DNA of 64,000 bases from assembly GCA_038231275.1 (NCBI GenBank), contig JBBRLQ010000007.1, positions 160,001-224,000 of the forward strand, read 5' to 3'. Positions 53,027-64,000 of the stretch are shown one piece after another. This DNA comes from Polyangiales bacterium (GTDB taxonomy: Bacteria > Myxococcota_A > Polyangia > Polyangiales > Polyangiaceae). The translations under genes and the position numbers were made by a program. Every line of letters begins with the position of its first letter. The first letter of the stretch is position 1. Under the pieces are notes generated by a model that saw nothing but the letters and a program-made list of their open reading frames with translations, was not told where the DNA came from and did not search any database.

Positions 53027-55192
53027 ATGTTGCAGGTCGAACACATCGTCGAGCGAGTAAGGGCGTACCAGCCCGCGGCAGACGCCGACCTCATCAAGCG
53101 GGCGTACGACTACAGCTTCAGAATGCACGCGGGTCAGATGCGCAAGAGCGGCGACCCGTACTTCGTCCATCCGGCGAGCGTGGCGGGCATCATCACCGAG
53201 CTGCGCCTCGACACCGCGAGCGTGTGCGCGGGGCTCCTCCACGACGTCGTCGAGGACACGCTCGCCTCGACCGCCGACATCGAGCGCGAGTTCGGCGTCG
53301 AGATCGCGCAGCTCGTCGACGGCGTCACCAAGCTCAGCAAGATCAACTTCACCAGCAAGGAAGATCGCCAGGCGGAAAACTTCCGCAAGATGGTGGTCGC
53401 GATGGCGCAGGACATCCGCGTCCTGCTCGTCAAGCTGTGCGACCGCATCGACAACATGCGGACGCTCGAGCACATGAGCCACGAGGCGCAAGAGCGCATC
53501 GCGCGCGAGACGATGGAGATCTACGCGCCGCTGTCGAACCGGCTCGGCATGCAGAACTTCAAGAGCGAGCTCGAGGATCTCTCGTTCAAGTACCTCGAGC
53601 CCGACGCCTACCAGGACCTGTCGACCGCCATCACGCGCACCAAGCGCGAGCGCGACAAGTACATCAGCGAGGTCTGCAAGACGCTGTCGGCGCGCCTCGC
53701 CGAGCAGGGCTTCGCCTCCGACGTGACCGGCCGCGCCAAGCACCTCTACTCGATCTGGCGCAAGATGCAGTCGCAGCAGTGCACGCTCGAGCAGATCCAC
53801 GACATGATCGCCTTCCGTGCGCTCGTCGAGAGCGTGAGCGACTGCTACGCGGCGCTCGGCGTCATCCACTCGAAGTGGACCCCGGTGCCCGGCCGCTTCA
53901 AGGACTACATCGCGCTGCCGAAGCCGAACATGTACCAGTCGCTCCACACGACGGTCATCGGCCCCGGCCGCGAGCGCGTCGAGGTCCAGATCCGCACCCA
54001 CGAGATGCACCGCGTCGCCGAGCGCGGCATCGCAGCGCACTGGAAATACAAGGACAAGGGCGGCGGCGGCCTCGCCGATCAGGACGCGCAGCGCTTCGGG
54101 TGGCTCCGCCAGCTCATGGAGTGGCAGAAGGAGCTGAAGGATCCGGCCGAGTTCCTCGAGGGCGTGAAGGTCGATCTCTTCCAGGACGAGGTCTACGTCT
54201 TCACGCCGAAGGGGGACGTGCGCGTCTTCCCGCGCGGCGCGACGCCGATCGATTTCGCGTTCGGCATCCACTCGCAGCTCGGTGAGCACATCACTGGCGC
54301 GCGCATCAACGGCAAGATCGAGCCGCTCCGCTACAAGCTCCGCAACGGCGACATCGTCGAGGTCATGACGTCGGCGACGCAGCAGCCGAACAAGGACTGG
54401 CTCGACATCGTCGGCACCACGAGAGCGAAAGCCAAGATTAGAAACTACCTCCGCCTCGAGCAGCGCGACAAATCGCTGCGCCTCGGGCGTGAGCTCCTCG
54501 AGCGCGAGCTTCACAAGTCGAGCGTCTCGCTCAACAAGCTCCTCAAGAACGACAAGGAGCTCCGCAAGGTGCTCGAGGAGCTGAAGATCCAGTCGGCCGA
54601 GGAGCTCTTCATCGGTATCGGCTACGGCAAGATCGACCCGCAGGAGGTCCTCGCCATCGTCGCCCCGCCGGACGACGCCGGCCACGAGAGCAAGCCGCCC
54701 GATCAGCTCCGCGAGGGGCGCGTCGCCGGCTTCGTACGCAAGGTCACCAAGCGCGACGAGGGCGGCATTCGCCTGAACGGCATCGACGACGTGCTCGTCC
54801 GCTACGCGCGGTGTTGCAACCCGCTCCCCGGCGACGACATCCTCGGCTTCATCACGCGCGGCCGCGGCGTCACGATCCACCGCCGCGGGTGCCAAAAGGC
54901 GTTCGACACCGATCCCGAGCGCCGCGTCGAGATCGCGTGGGACAGCAAGGCGAAGATCAACCGCAGCGTGCAGCTGCGCGTCGTCACCGCCAATCGCCCA
55001 GGCATTCTCGCGACGGTCGGGCACACGTTCAGCGCGCAGGGCATCAACATCAGCGAAGCCAACTGCCGCGCCGGCGACGACGGCCGCGCGGTCAACGTCT
55101 TCACGTTCAACTGCTCGGACCTGACCCAGCTCAAGAACGTGATGCGCGCGCTGCAGAAGGTGCAGGGCGTCGTCGCGGTCGAGCGCGTGTAA
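53027..55192 (+). CDS. rel: Bifunctional (p)ppGpp synthetase/hydrolase (long RSH)
   Basis: LLHDVVEDT hydrolase motif; RFKDY and YQSLHT synthetase motifs; TGS, CCNPLPGD and ACT domains. Confidence 0.96.
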   Translation: MLQVEHIVERVRAYQPAADADLIKRAYDYSFRMHAGQMRKSGDPYFVHPASVAGIITELRLDTASVCAGLLHDVVEDTLASTADIEREFGVEIAQLVDGVTKLSKINFTSKEDRQAENFRKMVVAMAQDIRVLLVKLCDRIDNMRTLEHMSHEAQERIARETMEIYAPLSNRLGMQNFKSELEDLSFKYLEPDAYQDLSTAITRTKRERDKYISEVCKTLSARLAEQGFASDVTGRAKHLYSIWRKMQSQQCTLEQIHDMIAFRALVESVSDCYAALGVIHSKWTPVPGRFKDYIALPKPNMYQSLHTTVIGPGRERVEVQIRTHEMHRVAERGIAAHWKYKDKGGGGLADQDAQRFGWLRQLMEWQKELKDPAEFLEGVKVDLFQDEVYVFTPKGDVRVFPRGATPIDFAFGIHSQLGEHITGARINGKIEPLRYKLRNGDIVEVMTSATQQPNKDWLDIVGTTRAKAKIRNYLRLEQRDKSLRLGRELLERELHKSSVSLNKLLKNDKELRKVLEELKIQSAEELFIGIGYGKIDPQEVLAIVAPPDDAGHESKPPDQLREGRVAGFVRKVTKRDEGGIRLNGIDDVLVRYARCCNPLPGDDILGFITRGRGVTIHRRGCQKAFDTDPERRVEIAWDSKAKINRSVQLRVVTANRPGILATVGHTFSAQGINISEANCRAGDDGRAVNVFTFNCSDLTQLKNVMRALQKVQGVVAVERV

Positions 55193-55274
55193 GCCAGCGG
55201 AACCGCTGGCGATCGCGAACGGCCGTCATCCCTTCGGGCGACTTGCTCGGCGCAGCGGTACGCGCCATACCCTC

Positions 55275-56207
55275 ATGATGCCGAGCACCGGACCGCGCAC
55301 GTTCGTCCTCGTAACGACGGCGCTGGCTCTCGCGGCGTGCGTGCAGAGCTCCGCGAACCCCGCGCCGGATGGGGGGCCGGGAACCTCGTTCGGATCGGAC
55401 GGCGGACCGGACACGAGCGTTCGCGACTCCGCGCCCCCTCCCGAAGGCGACGCGTCGACGCCGCCCGATGCAGAGAATGGCCTCGACGCGGACGCGGCGC
55501 CCCTCGACGCCGGGCCTTGCACGAAGCCGCTGAACAAGGCGCTGCAGTTCGCGGGCGGGCAGCTCGCGACAGCGCCCGACTCGGTCTCGCTTCACCTGAG
55601 CGATCTGACCGCCGAGGCCTGGGTGAATTTCGCGACCCTCGCCAACCCGTATCAGACCATCATCGCAAAGCCGTACGGCGCTGCGACGGGCGATTCGTTC
55701 ACCATCTGGTACGAGAGCGGCGGGTTGCACGCGGGCGCGAACCCAACGAGCGTGACCGACGCAATCGGCTACACGTGGGCGCCCGCGATCGGCTCGTGGC
55801 ACCACGTCGCCTTCACGTTCGAAAAGGCCACCCTGGCGCAGAAGCTCTACGTCGACGGCGGCCTCGTTGCGTCGGGAACCGCCGCGAGCGCACCCGTCTA
55901 CGACACGCACGCGTTCTACGTCGGCGCCGACGCAGACTTCGGGAACCCGAGCGGATTCTTCAACGGGCAGATCGACGAGGTTCGGATCTGGACCTCCGTG
56001 CGCGCGATCGCGGACATCGGGGGAGACCTTCGGACCTGCATCCCCGGATCGTTCACGGGCCTCGGCGGCTACTGGCCGCTCGACGAAGGAAGCGGCCAGG
56101 CCGCCGGCGACGTCAGCGGCAACGCGAACAACGCGCAGCTCGGCGCGGCCGCGGGGGCCGACGCCGCCGATCCGGTCTGGGTCGATTCCACGGTCCCGTT
56201 CAAATAG
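55275..56207 (+). CDS. LamG-like domain lipoprotein
   Basis: Lipobox LAAC; LTAEAWV, WHHVA, LYVDG and GQIDEVRIW motifs. Confidence 0.85.
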   Translation: MMPSTGPRTFVLVTTALALAACVQSSANPAPDGGPGTSFGSDGGPDTSVRDSAPPPEGDASTPPDAENGLDADAAPLDAGPCTKPLNKALQFAGGQLATAPDSVSLHLSDLTAEAWVNFATLANPYQTIIAKPYGAATGDSFTIWYESGGLHAGANPTSVTDAIGYTWAPAIGSWHHVAFTFEKATLAQKLYVDGGLVASGTAASAPVYDTHAFYVGADADFGNPSGFFNGQIDEVRIWTSVRAIADIGGDLRTCIPGSFTGLGGYWPLDEGSGQAAGDVSGNANNAQLGAAAGADAADPVWVDSTVPFK

Positions 56208-56216
56208 ACGCGGCGA

Positions 56217-57766
<1,550 letters not shown>

Positions 57767-57767
<1 letters not shown>

Positions 57768-58723
57768 CAGAACCGCGCGCTCAACGTGGCGGTGACGGTG
57801 GGCGCAGGGCCTGGTCCCGTAGACCAGCCGATCGCGAAGAGCCCGACGGCCGCCGTGGCCGCGCCGCTCGCCGCCGTCACGAGCGCCAGGACGTTCGTGC
57901 GGACCTGCGCGTCGGAGCCGGCGGTGGATGTCGGCGCGGACGGCTTGGCGACGAAGTCGTCGTGCTTGCTCTTCGTGTCGAGCGCGGACCACACGGTGAC
58001 GCCGCCGACGACGGCGGTGACGGCGGCGCCGACCCAGAACCACACCGGCGAGATTCCGCCGTCGCGCCGTGGCGGATCGTGAGGCGCGCGCGGAGGGGAG
58101 GGGGCGACCGTGCGGGGTGGCTCGATGGCGCGCGCGGGCGGCGGCGCGATTTTGCTCGGCGGCGGCGCGGGCGCGGGGGGCGGCGTGGGGGCGACCTCGA
58201 CGCTCGCGCCGATCGCGACGACGACCTTCTGCTTCTCGGGCGCGCCGTCGGCCGTCAGCTCGACGACGTGCTCGCCCGGCTTGACCCACCGCTTCACGCC
58301 GATCGGCGTGTGACGCCCGTCGACGTGCACGTTGCAGAACGTGGCGGGCGGCGGGCACGTCACGGTGAGCTGGCCCACGTCGCGCGAGAACCGCGCGCGC
58401 GCCGTCTTGCCCTTCTCCCACAGCGGCGTCGACGGAGGGACGCGCCGCTCGACACGCTCGACGAGATCCATCGCGGTCGCCGCGTCGCGCGCGCGAACGG
58501 CGGCCTCGAGCGCGAGGCCGAGCACCGTCACGTTGGGCGAGAGCTCGTCGGCGAGCGCGAGGTCCACCGCCGCCGTCGCGTACCCGCCGGCGTCGTAGGC
58601 GGCGGCGCCTCGATCGTACGCGGCGCGCGCCTGCGCTACGGAGGCGTCGTCCTGCGCCGATGCGACGCGCGCGACGAGCGCCAGCGACAGCGTCACGACA
58701 ACGCGCATGAAAACCCGCCGCAT
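57767..58723 (-). CDS. TPR + PEGA-like exported protein (kinase partner)
   Basis: Signal peptide; AYDRGAAAYDAGGY TPR; VHVDG..PGEH PEGA; ends TLSARF; TGATG coupling to kinase. Confidence 0.8.
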
Positions 58724-58777
58724 CTCCCAAGAATACAGACAAAACGCGGAAGCCGCGTCGGCCTTCTGCTCGCGCGC

Positions 58778-60121
58778 CTACGTCTTGGTCAGCTTGTGCT
58801 TCACGAGCAATCGCCCGAGGTAGGAGCGATCGAGGCCCGCGAGCTTCGCGGCCGACGACTGGTTGCCGCGGGTGTGGGCCATGAGCGCCTGAAGGTAGAC
58901 GCGCGTGAAGCGCTCGGCGAGCTCCTCCTTCTGGTCACCGTACGGACGGTTCACGTCGACCAGATCGCCGAACGCCATCTCCAGGGTCGTCGACGTCGAG
59001 CCCGCGGGCTCGGGGAGGACGCCGAGCGCGGCGTACGCGTGGATGACGTTGCGGAGCTCTCGCGCGTTTCCCGGCCACGCGCGGGCCTTCAGCTGCTCGA
59101 TCAGCGGCGCCGAGAGCGCACCGAGGCCCACGTGCTCGGCGAACTGGCGCGCGAGCGGCTCGATGTCCTCCGGGCGCTCGCGGAGCGACGGGAGGGAGAG
59201 CTTCACGACGGCGAGCCGGTAGTAGAGATCCTCACGGAAGCGGCCGGCCCGCACCTCGGCCTCGAGATCGCGGTTCGTCGCGGCGATGACGCGCACCTGG
59301 ACGTGGCGTGCGGCGTCGGCGCCGATCGGCCGTACCTCTCCGGTCTCGAGCGCGCGCAAGAGGACCGGCTGCATCTCGAGCGGCAGCTCGCCGATCTCGT
59401 CGAGGAAGAGCGTGCCATGATCGGCGCACTCGAACGCGCCCTTGCGCGCCTGCGCGGCGCCAGTGAACGAGCCGCGCGTGTGGCCGAAGAGCTCGCTTCC
59501 CACGAGGTCGCGCGGGATGGCGCCGCAGTTGACGTTCACGAGCGGCCCCTCGGCGAGCGAGCCCTCGTGGAGCGCGCGCGCGACGAGCTCTTTGCCGACG
59601 CCCGACTCTCCGCCCACGAGCACGGTGACGAGCGAGCCCTCGAGGCGCGCGAGGGTCGCGAAGACGCGGCGCATCGCCAGGCTGGCGCCGACCATTCCGC
59701 GGAACGACTCGCCCGCGAACACCGCGCCGCCGGTCAGCGACTCCGTGTCCGCGTCGAGCGCGACGTCGGTGTTCCCGATCTTGATGCGCGCGCCGAGCGC
59801 GAGGCTCATTCGCTCGACGCGCTGTCCGAGGTACCACGTGCCGTTGCGGCTCCCGAGGTCGGTGACGCGCACGCCCTCGGGCACCAATGCCAGCTCGACG
59901 TGGGCGCGCGACACGCCGGGCTCCAAGACGACGATCGCGCTCCCGCTCGCCGAGCCGAGCACGCACGTGCCGGTCTTGAGCCGGAACGCCGCCGGCGTCG
60001 CGCGCGCGCCGAGGACACGGATCACGGCGCCCAGCGGTCGCGGCGAGCTCGTCCCTTGACGAACGAGCGTCGCCGTCGCCGGATCCGGTGAGCCTTGCTT
60101 CGTGCGCGCCACGAGGCTCAC
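58778..60121 (-). CDS. FHA-domain sigma54-dependent enhancer-binding protein
   Basis: [47 protein letters not shown] and WPGN motifs; Fis-type HTH. Confidence 0.95.
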   Translation of the reverse strand: MSLVARTKQGSPDPATATLVRQGTSSPRPLGAVIRVLGARATPAAFRLKTGTCVLGSASGSAIVVLEPGVSRAHVELALVPEGVRVTDLGSRNGTWYLGQRVERMSLALGARIKIGNTDVALDADTESLTGGAVFAGESFRGMVGASLAMRRVFATLARLEGSLVTVLVGGESGVGKELVARALHEGSLAEGPLVNVNCGAIPRDLVGSELFGHTRGSFTGAAQARKGAFECADHGTLFLDEIGELPLEMQPVLLRALETGEVRPIGADAARHVQVRVIAATNRDLEAEVRAGRFREDLYYRLAVVKLSLPSLRERPEDIEPLARQFAEHVGLGALSAPLIEQLKARAWPGNARELRNVIHAYAALGVLPEPAGSTSTTLEMAFGDLVDVNRPYGDQKEELAERFTRVYLQALMAHTRGNQSSAAKLAGLDRSYLGRLLVKHKLTKT

Positions 60122-60131
60122 AGGATACCCG

Positions 60132-61082
60132 TTACTTCTTGGGCTCGCAGCACTCGTACTTCGCCGTCGAGTAGCCGCCGGCGGCGCACGCGTCGCCGAG
60201 GATCGAGGTGTTCACGACGTAGCCCTTGCTGGTGCACACCTTCGTGACCTCGTCGTTCAGGATCTGCGCCGACTCGCACGCACCGGTGATCGCGCCCGAG
60301 AAGCACGCGCGCGGGGGCGGCGGGGGCGGCGGCGGGGGCGGCGGGGGCTTGACGTCGCAGCACTCGAACTTCACGTTTTCGTAGCTCTTGCCACCGACCG
60401 GGCCGGCGCATGGGGTGCCGTATTCGAGCTGCGTCAGCGTCGCGCCCTTCTGCGAGCAAGTGTCCGAGGCGTACTGCTTCCAAATGTAGTCGGGCTTGCA
60501 GGACGTCGGGTCGCCGAGGCCCACCGTGAAGCACGAGGGCGGCGGGGGAGGAGGCGGCGGCGGGGGCGGCCCCGCGAGGCAGCACTCGAACTTCGTGTAG
60601 CGGTAGAGATCCTTCCCGCACGAGTCGGCGTACTCGATGACGACGACGTCGAGGCCCTTGGCCTTGCACTCCTCGGCGGCGTACGTCTTCCACGTCGCGG
60701 AGTCCTTGCAGCTGGTCGGGCCGCCCTGCGAGTCGACGAAGCACGCGACGGGGCCGGGGTTGGGGACCGGCGTGGGGTCGGGCTTGCAGCAGTACCACTT
60801 GGCGCCGTTGAACCCGTCGCCGCACTTGTCGCCGTAGCCGAACTCGCTGACCTCGAGGCCGCGCGACTCGCACGACGCAACGGCGTCCTTCTTCAGCTCC
60901 TCGGCGGTCGCGCACTTCGGGGTCGAGACGCCCTCGCCGATGCACTGCCCCACCTTAAGACCCTCTTGTGACGCTCCGCTATTGTCGCCGCCAATCGTCG
61001 GGGACGATCCCGAGCTACAGCCGACGATCAGCGCGGCGCCGACGAACGAGAGACCAAAAGCAATGTGGATGTTCCTGACCAT
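60132..61082 (-). CDS. Lipoprotein with four six-Cys repeats separated by Pro-rich linkers
   Basis: GAGGAGG RBS; lipobox IVGC; repeats ending K[F/W/Y][E/Y]CC. Confidence 0.82.
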   Translation of the reverse strand: MVRNIHIAFGLSFVGAALIVGCSSGSSPTIGGDNSGASQEGLKVGQCIGEGVSTPKCATAEELKKDAVASCESRGLEVSEFGYGDKCGDGFNGAKWYCCKPDPTPVPNPGPVACFVDSQGGPTSCKDSATWKTYAAEECKAKGLDVVVIEYADSCGKDLYRYTKFECCLAGPPPPPPPPPPPSCFTVGLGDPTSCKPDYIWKQYASDTCSQKGATLTQLEYGTPCAGPVGGKSYENVKFECCDVKPPPPPPPPPPPPRACFSGAITGACESAQILNDEVTKVCTSKGYVVNTSILGDACAAGGYSTAKYECCEPKK

Positions 61083-61112
61083 GACGACCTCCTCGGGGTT
61101 GTCGTCCTCCAT

Positions 61113-61128
61113 CGCAACGTGTGTGCCG
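61113..61128 (-). promoter_or_regulatory. Sigma54 (-24/-12) promoter
   Basis: Minus strand CGGCACACACGTTGCG (GG-N10-GC), about 30 nt before ATG 61082. Confidence 0.72.
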
Positions 61129-61253
61129 CGCCTCCGAAATCGCATTTTGCGCGGAATATTGCGGTCCGGGTGGGGACATGTGCCATCGGGAGTAGGAGTC
61201 GACTCCGCAGCCTGCTCACTCGAGTCTGCAGGGGGGCTTCGCGGCGCTCTCCG

Positions 61254-61910
61254 TCAGGGACTGCAAACGAGCGTGAGGCCGCCGTCGCCGGGATCGCAGG
61301 TGAGCGTCTTGCAACTCGTCTTCGCGCACGTGCAGTCGTGGGCGGCGGCGTCGCAGCCTTGCTTGTCCCAGTCCACGCACGCGTAGACGGCCTTCGTCTT
61401 GTAGGTCTGACAAAAGGACGTGGCGCGATTGCAGTACTCGTAGCCGCACTGGAAGTGATCGGCGCCGGCGCCTGTGCAGCCGCCGACGTCGAGATCGACG
61501 CCCTGGTTGAAGAGCTCGCAGTCGCTCTTCGCAATTTTGTTTCCGCAGCCGCAGTAATAGGCGGTGTCCTGCGAGCACCCGGAGCCGGGGATCGGCATGC
61601 AGACGCCGGTGGCCCCGCGGCCGCACTGGTGGTCATCGTAGAAGCAATACGAGCCGCCCGGGCATCCGGTCTTGCAGTTGGGAGGGACGAAGTTGTCGGG
61701 GAGGGGAGGCACGTCGTCCGAGGGGGCGTCGGCCGCGTCGGAGTCGGCGCCGCCGTCGAGGATCGAACCGTCGTGTCCGGCGTCCCCGCCGTCGCCACCG
61801 TCTCCGGCACCGTCGAACGTGAAGTCGTAGAAGCACGCCGCAGCGAGGGGTGCCGCCGCGACCGCCACGACGACGGCGAAGAAGCGGGTGCTCGCGCGCG
61901 TGACCATCAT
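61254..61910 (-). CDS. Cys-rich lipoprotein with Kazal-like segment
   Basis: Lipobox AAAC; GVC.....C......YCGCGN......C pattern. Confidence 0.75.
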   Translation of the reverse strand: MMVTRASTRFFAVVVAVAAAPLAAACFYDFTFDGAGDGGDGGDAGHDGSILDGGADSDAADAPSDDVPPLPDNFVPPNCKTGCPGGSYCFYDDHQCGRGATGVCMPIPGSGCSQDTAYYCGCGNKIAKSDCELFNQGVDLDVGGCTGAGADHFQCGYEYCNRATSFCQTYKTKAVYACVDWDKQGCDAAAHDCTCAKTSCKTLTCDPGDGGLTLVCSP

Positions 61911-61923
61911 ACGGATCCTACGC

Positions 61924-63141
61924 TCACTCCGCGTACATCTGGATGCCGGTCGCCGCGAGCCGCGCCATCCGCAGCGCCTCGTCCCAATCGGGGTGCCGGA
62001 GGTGGACCCAACCGTCGGAGAGAAGCGTCTGCCGCCAGTCGCGTCGCAGCTCGCCCGGCCGGAGCAGGCGCTCCTCCATCACCCAATGACCGCACTCGCG
62101 GAGCCACTCGCGCAGGCCTTCGATGCGCGTGATGCGCCCGTGCCCCTGCGCGCGTTTGTAGACGATCGCGGCGTTGTACTTTCGCTCGGTGCTCGCGTCG
62201 AAGTGCTTCCAGCACGCGACGCGGGCCCACTCGCGGAAGTGATCGACGTCGCACGTGAAGTTCATCTGATCGACGATGCCGGCGCCGCCGGGGCGCGCGC
62301 CGATCTCCCCGAACACGGCCTCGCCTTTGGAGGTGAGGAACCACTCCATGTGCGTGAACCCGTCGGTCATGCCGAGCGCGGTGAGCACCTTGCGCCCGAG
62401 CGCGATGCCGCCCTGGTATTTCTGCTGCGCCATGTCGCGCACCGTGATGCCGATGGGACTGACCCACTCGTTCATGCGCATCTCGAGCGGCTTGGGGAAG
62501 TACGCCATGATGCTCTCGGTGGCGGGTACTCCGTCGATGCAGATCGTGTCGAACGTGAACTCCTCGCCGTCGATGTACTCCTCGCAGCTCACCTCCGGCA
62601 CGAGGCGCAAGCACGCGATGAAGTGATCGAGCTCGGGCGGCGTGTCGACGCGGTAGGTGTCGGCGCTGCCGGCGCCCGCGATCGGCTTCAGGATGAGCGG
62701 GTAGCCGATCTCCTCGGCGGCCTCACGCGCTTCGTGCGCCGTCTTCACGCGGCGGGAGCGCGGGACGCGGATGCCCGCGGCGGCGACGCGCTCCTTCATG
62801 AGCTGCTTGTCGCGAAAGCCGCGCGCCGTGTCGAGGCTCATCCCCGGCATCCCCCAGCGCTCGCGGAGCCGCGCGGCGAGCTCCACCACCGGCTCCCAGT
62901 TGGCGAGGACGCGATCGACCGTGCGGCCTTGCAGCCACGCCGAGACGCGCTCCATGACGTCGGCCTCGTCCATGATGCGTGGAACCTGCAAGTAATCTCG
63001 CAGGTACGGCTTCACCGCGGCGGGCAGCTGCTCGCGCGGCGTGTCCGCGACGCCGTACACCTCCGCGCCGACCTCCGCGAGGCCGCGCGTGTACTGCACC
63101 ATCTCGGGGGGATATGCGGGGGAGAGAAAGACGACGCGCAT
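61924..63141 (-). CDS. ATP-grasp domain protein (carboxylate-amine ligase)
   Basis: RDKQLMK, LKPIAGAGS, EEYIDGEE, HMEWF and GEIGARPGG motifs. Confidence 0.88.
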   Translation of the reverse strand: MRVVFLSPAYPPEMVQYTRGLAEVGAEVYGVADTPREQLPAAVKPYLRDYLQVPRIMDEADVMERVSAWLQGRTVDRVLANWEPVVELAARLRERWGMPGMSLDTARGFRDKQLMKERVAAAGIRVPRSRRVKTAHEAREAAEEIGYPLILKPIAGAGSADTYRVDTPPELDHFIACLRLVPEVSCEEYIDGEEFTFDTICIDGVPATESIMAYFPKPLEMRMNEWVSPIGITVRDMAQQKYQGGIALGRKVLTALGMTDGFTHMEWFLTSKGEAVFGEIGARPGGAGIVDQMNFTCDVDHFREWARVACWKHFDASTERKYNAAIVYKRAQGHGRITRIEGLREWLRECGHWVMEERLLRPGELRRDWRQTLLSDGWVHLRHPDWDEALRMARLAATGIQMYAE

Positions 63142-63154
63142 GGGCGGCGCTCGA

Positions 63155-63958
63155 TCAGCCGCCTTGCTGGTGCGCCTTCTGCGTTGCGCCGCGGTACATG
63201 CCGCCGAGGCCGCAGAAGATGCCGATGCCGATGCCTTGGGCGGCGAGGAAGATCGCGCTCGAGAAATCCATCTCCTCGAGGACGAGGCCGAGCCCGAGAT
63301 CGCCGACGCCATAGAGGATCGCCGACGCGATCACGACGCCGGTGACGAGCCCGCGTCCGGCCTTCGTGAAGAGCGCGCCGCCGTAACCTGCGCCCGCGAA
63401 CGAGAGAGCGGTCGTCGCATACCAGATGTACCCGGTCGGATCGTGGATGACCTTCGTGAAGACGATGTCGAACACGAGCGCGACGATCGCCGCGCCGATG
63501 CCCATCACGAACGCGAGCGCCGACGGCATCCCCGAGGCTTTTCCCGCAGGCATCGACATGCCGCCGAGCCCGCCGAAGCCGGGAATCCCGACGCCGAGAC
63601 CGCCGAGGTTCTGCGCCGGCGCCTGCTGCTGCGGCGGCTGCCCGTACGCTTGTTGCTGCGGCGGCTGCTCGTATTGCGGTTGCTGTTGCGGCGGCTGCCC
63701 GTACGCTTGTTGCTGCGGCGGCTGCCCGTACGCTTGTTGCTGCGGCGGCTGCCCGTATTGCGGTTGCTGTTGCGGCGGCTGCCCGTATTGCGGCTGCTGC
63801 TGCGGTGGCTGCCCGTATTGCGGTTGCTGCTGCTGCGGTTGCCCGTACGGCTGACCTTGCTGACCTTGCTGACCTTGCTGACCTTGCGGCGGATAGCCCT
63901 GCTGAGGATACTGACCGTAGCCGGGAGGAGGGCCGCCTTGGCCGGGGGGCTGGTTCAT
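63155..63958 (-). CDS. Membrane protein with Gln/Pro/Tyr/Gly low-complexity N-terminus and ~4 TM helices
   Basis: QQQPQYGQPP repeats followed by hydrophobic segments. Confidence 0.8.
   Translation of the reverse strand: MNQPPGQGGPPPGYGQYPQQGYPPQGQQGQQGQQGQPYGQPQQQQPQYGQPPQQQPQYGQPPQQQPQYGQPPQQQAYGQPPQQQAYGQPPQQQPQYEQPPQQQAYGQPPQQQAPAQNLGGLGVGIPGFGGLGGMSMPAGKASGMPSALAFVMGIGAAIVALVFDIVFTKVIHDPTGYIWYATTALSFAGAGYGGALFTKAGRGLVTGVVIASAILYGVGDLGLGLVLEEMDFSSAIFLAAQGIGIGIFCGLGGMYRGATQKAHQQGG
63621..63915 (-). repeat. 27-30-bp tandem repeats encoding QQQ(PQ/A)YGQPP
   Basis: Units like GCTGCCCGTATTGCGGTTGCTGTTGCGGCG on + strand. Confidence 0.88.
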
Positions 63959-64000
63959 GAGCTCGAGAGTACGTGCAGGCCGCGCGCGGAACAATCCCTT

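Overview
A very GC-rich, gene-dense bacterial chromosomal window. The content points to a myxobacterium, probably Polyangiales/Sorangiineae (inference): Hanks-type Ser/Thr kinases coupled to TPR/PEGA proteins, an FHA-sigma54 activator, an MglA-like GTPase, a roadblock protein and many Cys-rich lipoproteins. About 52 CDS are supported. Housekeeping and metabolic genes include phaZ, bdhA, thrB, bcp, thiL, an iorAB-like pair, nrdJ, yhbY, an M16 peptidase pair, hemW and rel. They are interleaved with signalling cassettes and exported proteins. I saw no rRNA, tRNA, CRISPR array, transposase or prophage. Main leads: (1) nrdJ has a promoter with two NrdR boxes, a ~440-nt structured 5' leader ending in a terminator-like U-tract, and a DnaA-box cluster further upstream. 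(2) An ECF sigma/anti-sigma/beta-barrel cassette has a candidate cognate promoter, TGAT-N17-CCCACGTAC, present twice: before the sigma gene and before a Cys-rich lipoprotein and multicopper oxidase. (3) Two kinase-TPR/PEGA cassettes have kinases that both end in P[D/N]PYAR, and one is wired to an FHA-sigma54 activator and a sigma54 promoter. (4) A small lipoprotein ending CSHGLCSW is coupled to a ferritin-like diiron protein, a RiPP-like layout. (5) A lipoprotein carries nine Notch-like EGF repeats. (6) An exported phospholipase D has a sigma54 promoter. All family assignments come from motifs read by eye; no database search was run.
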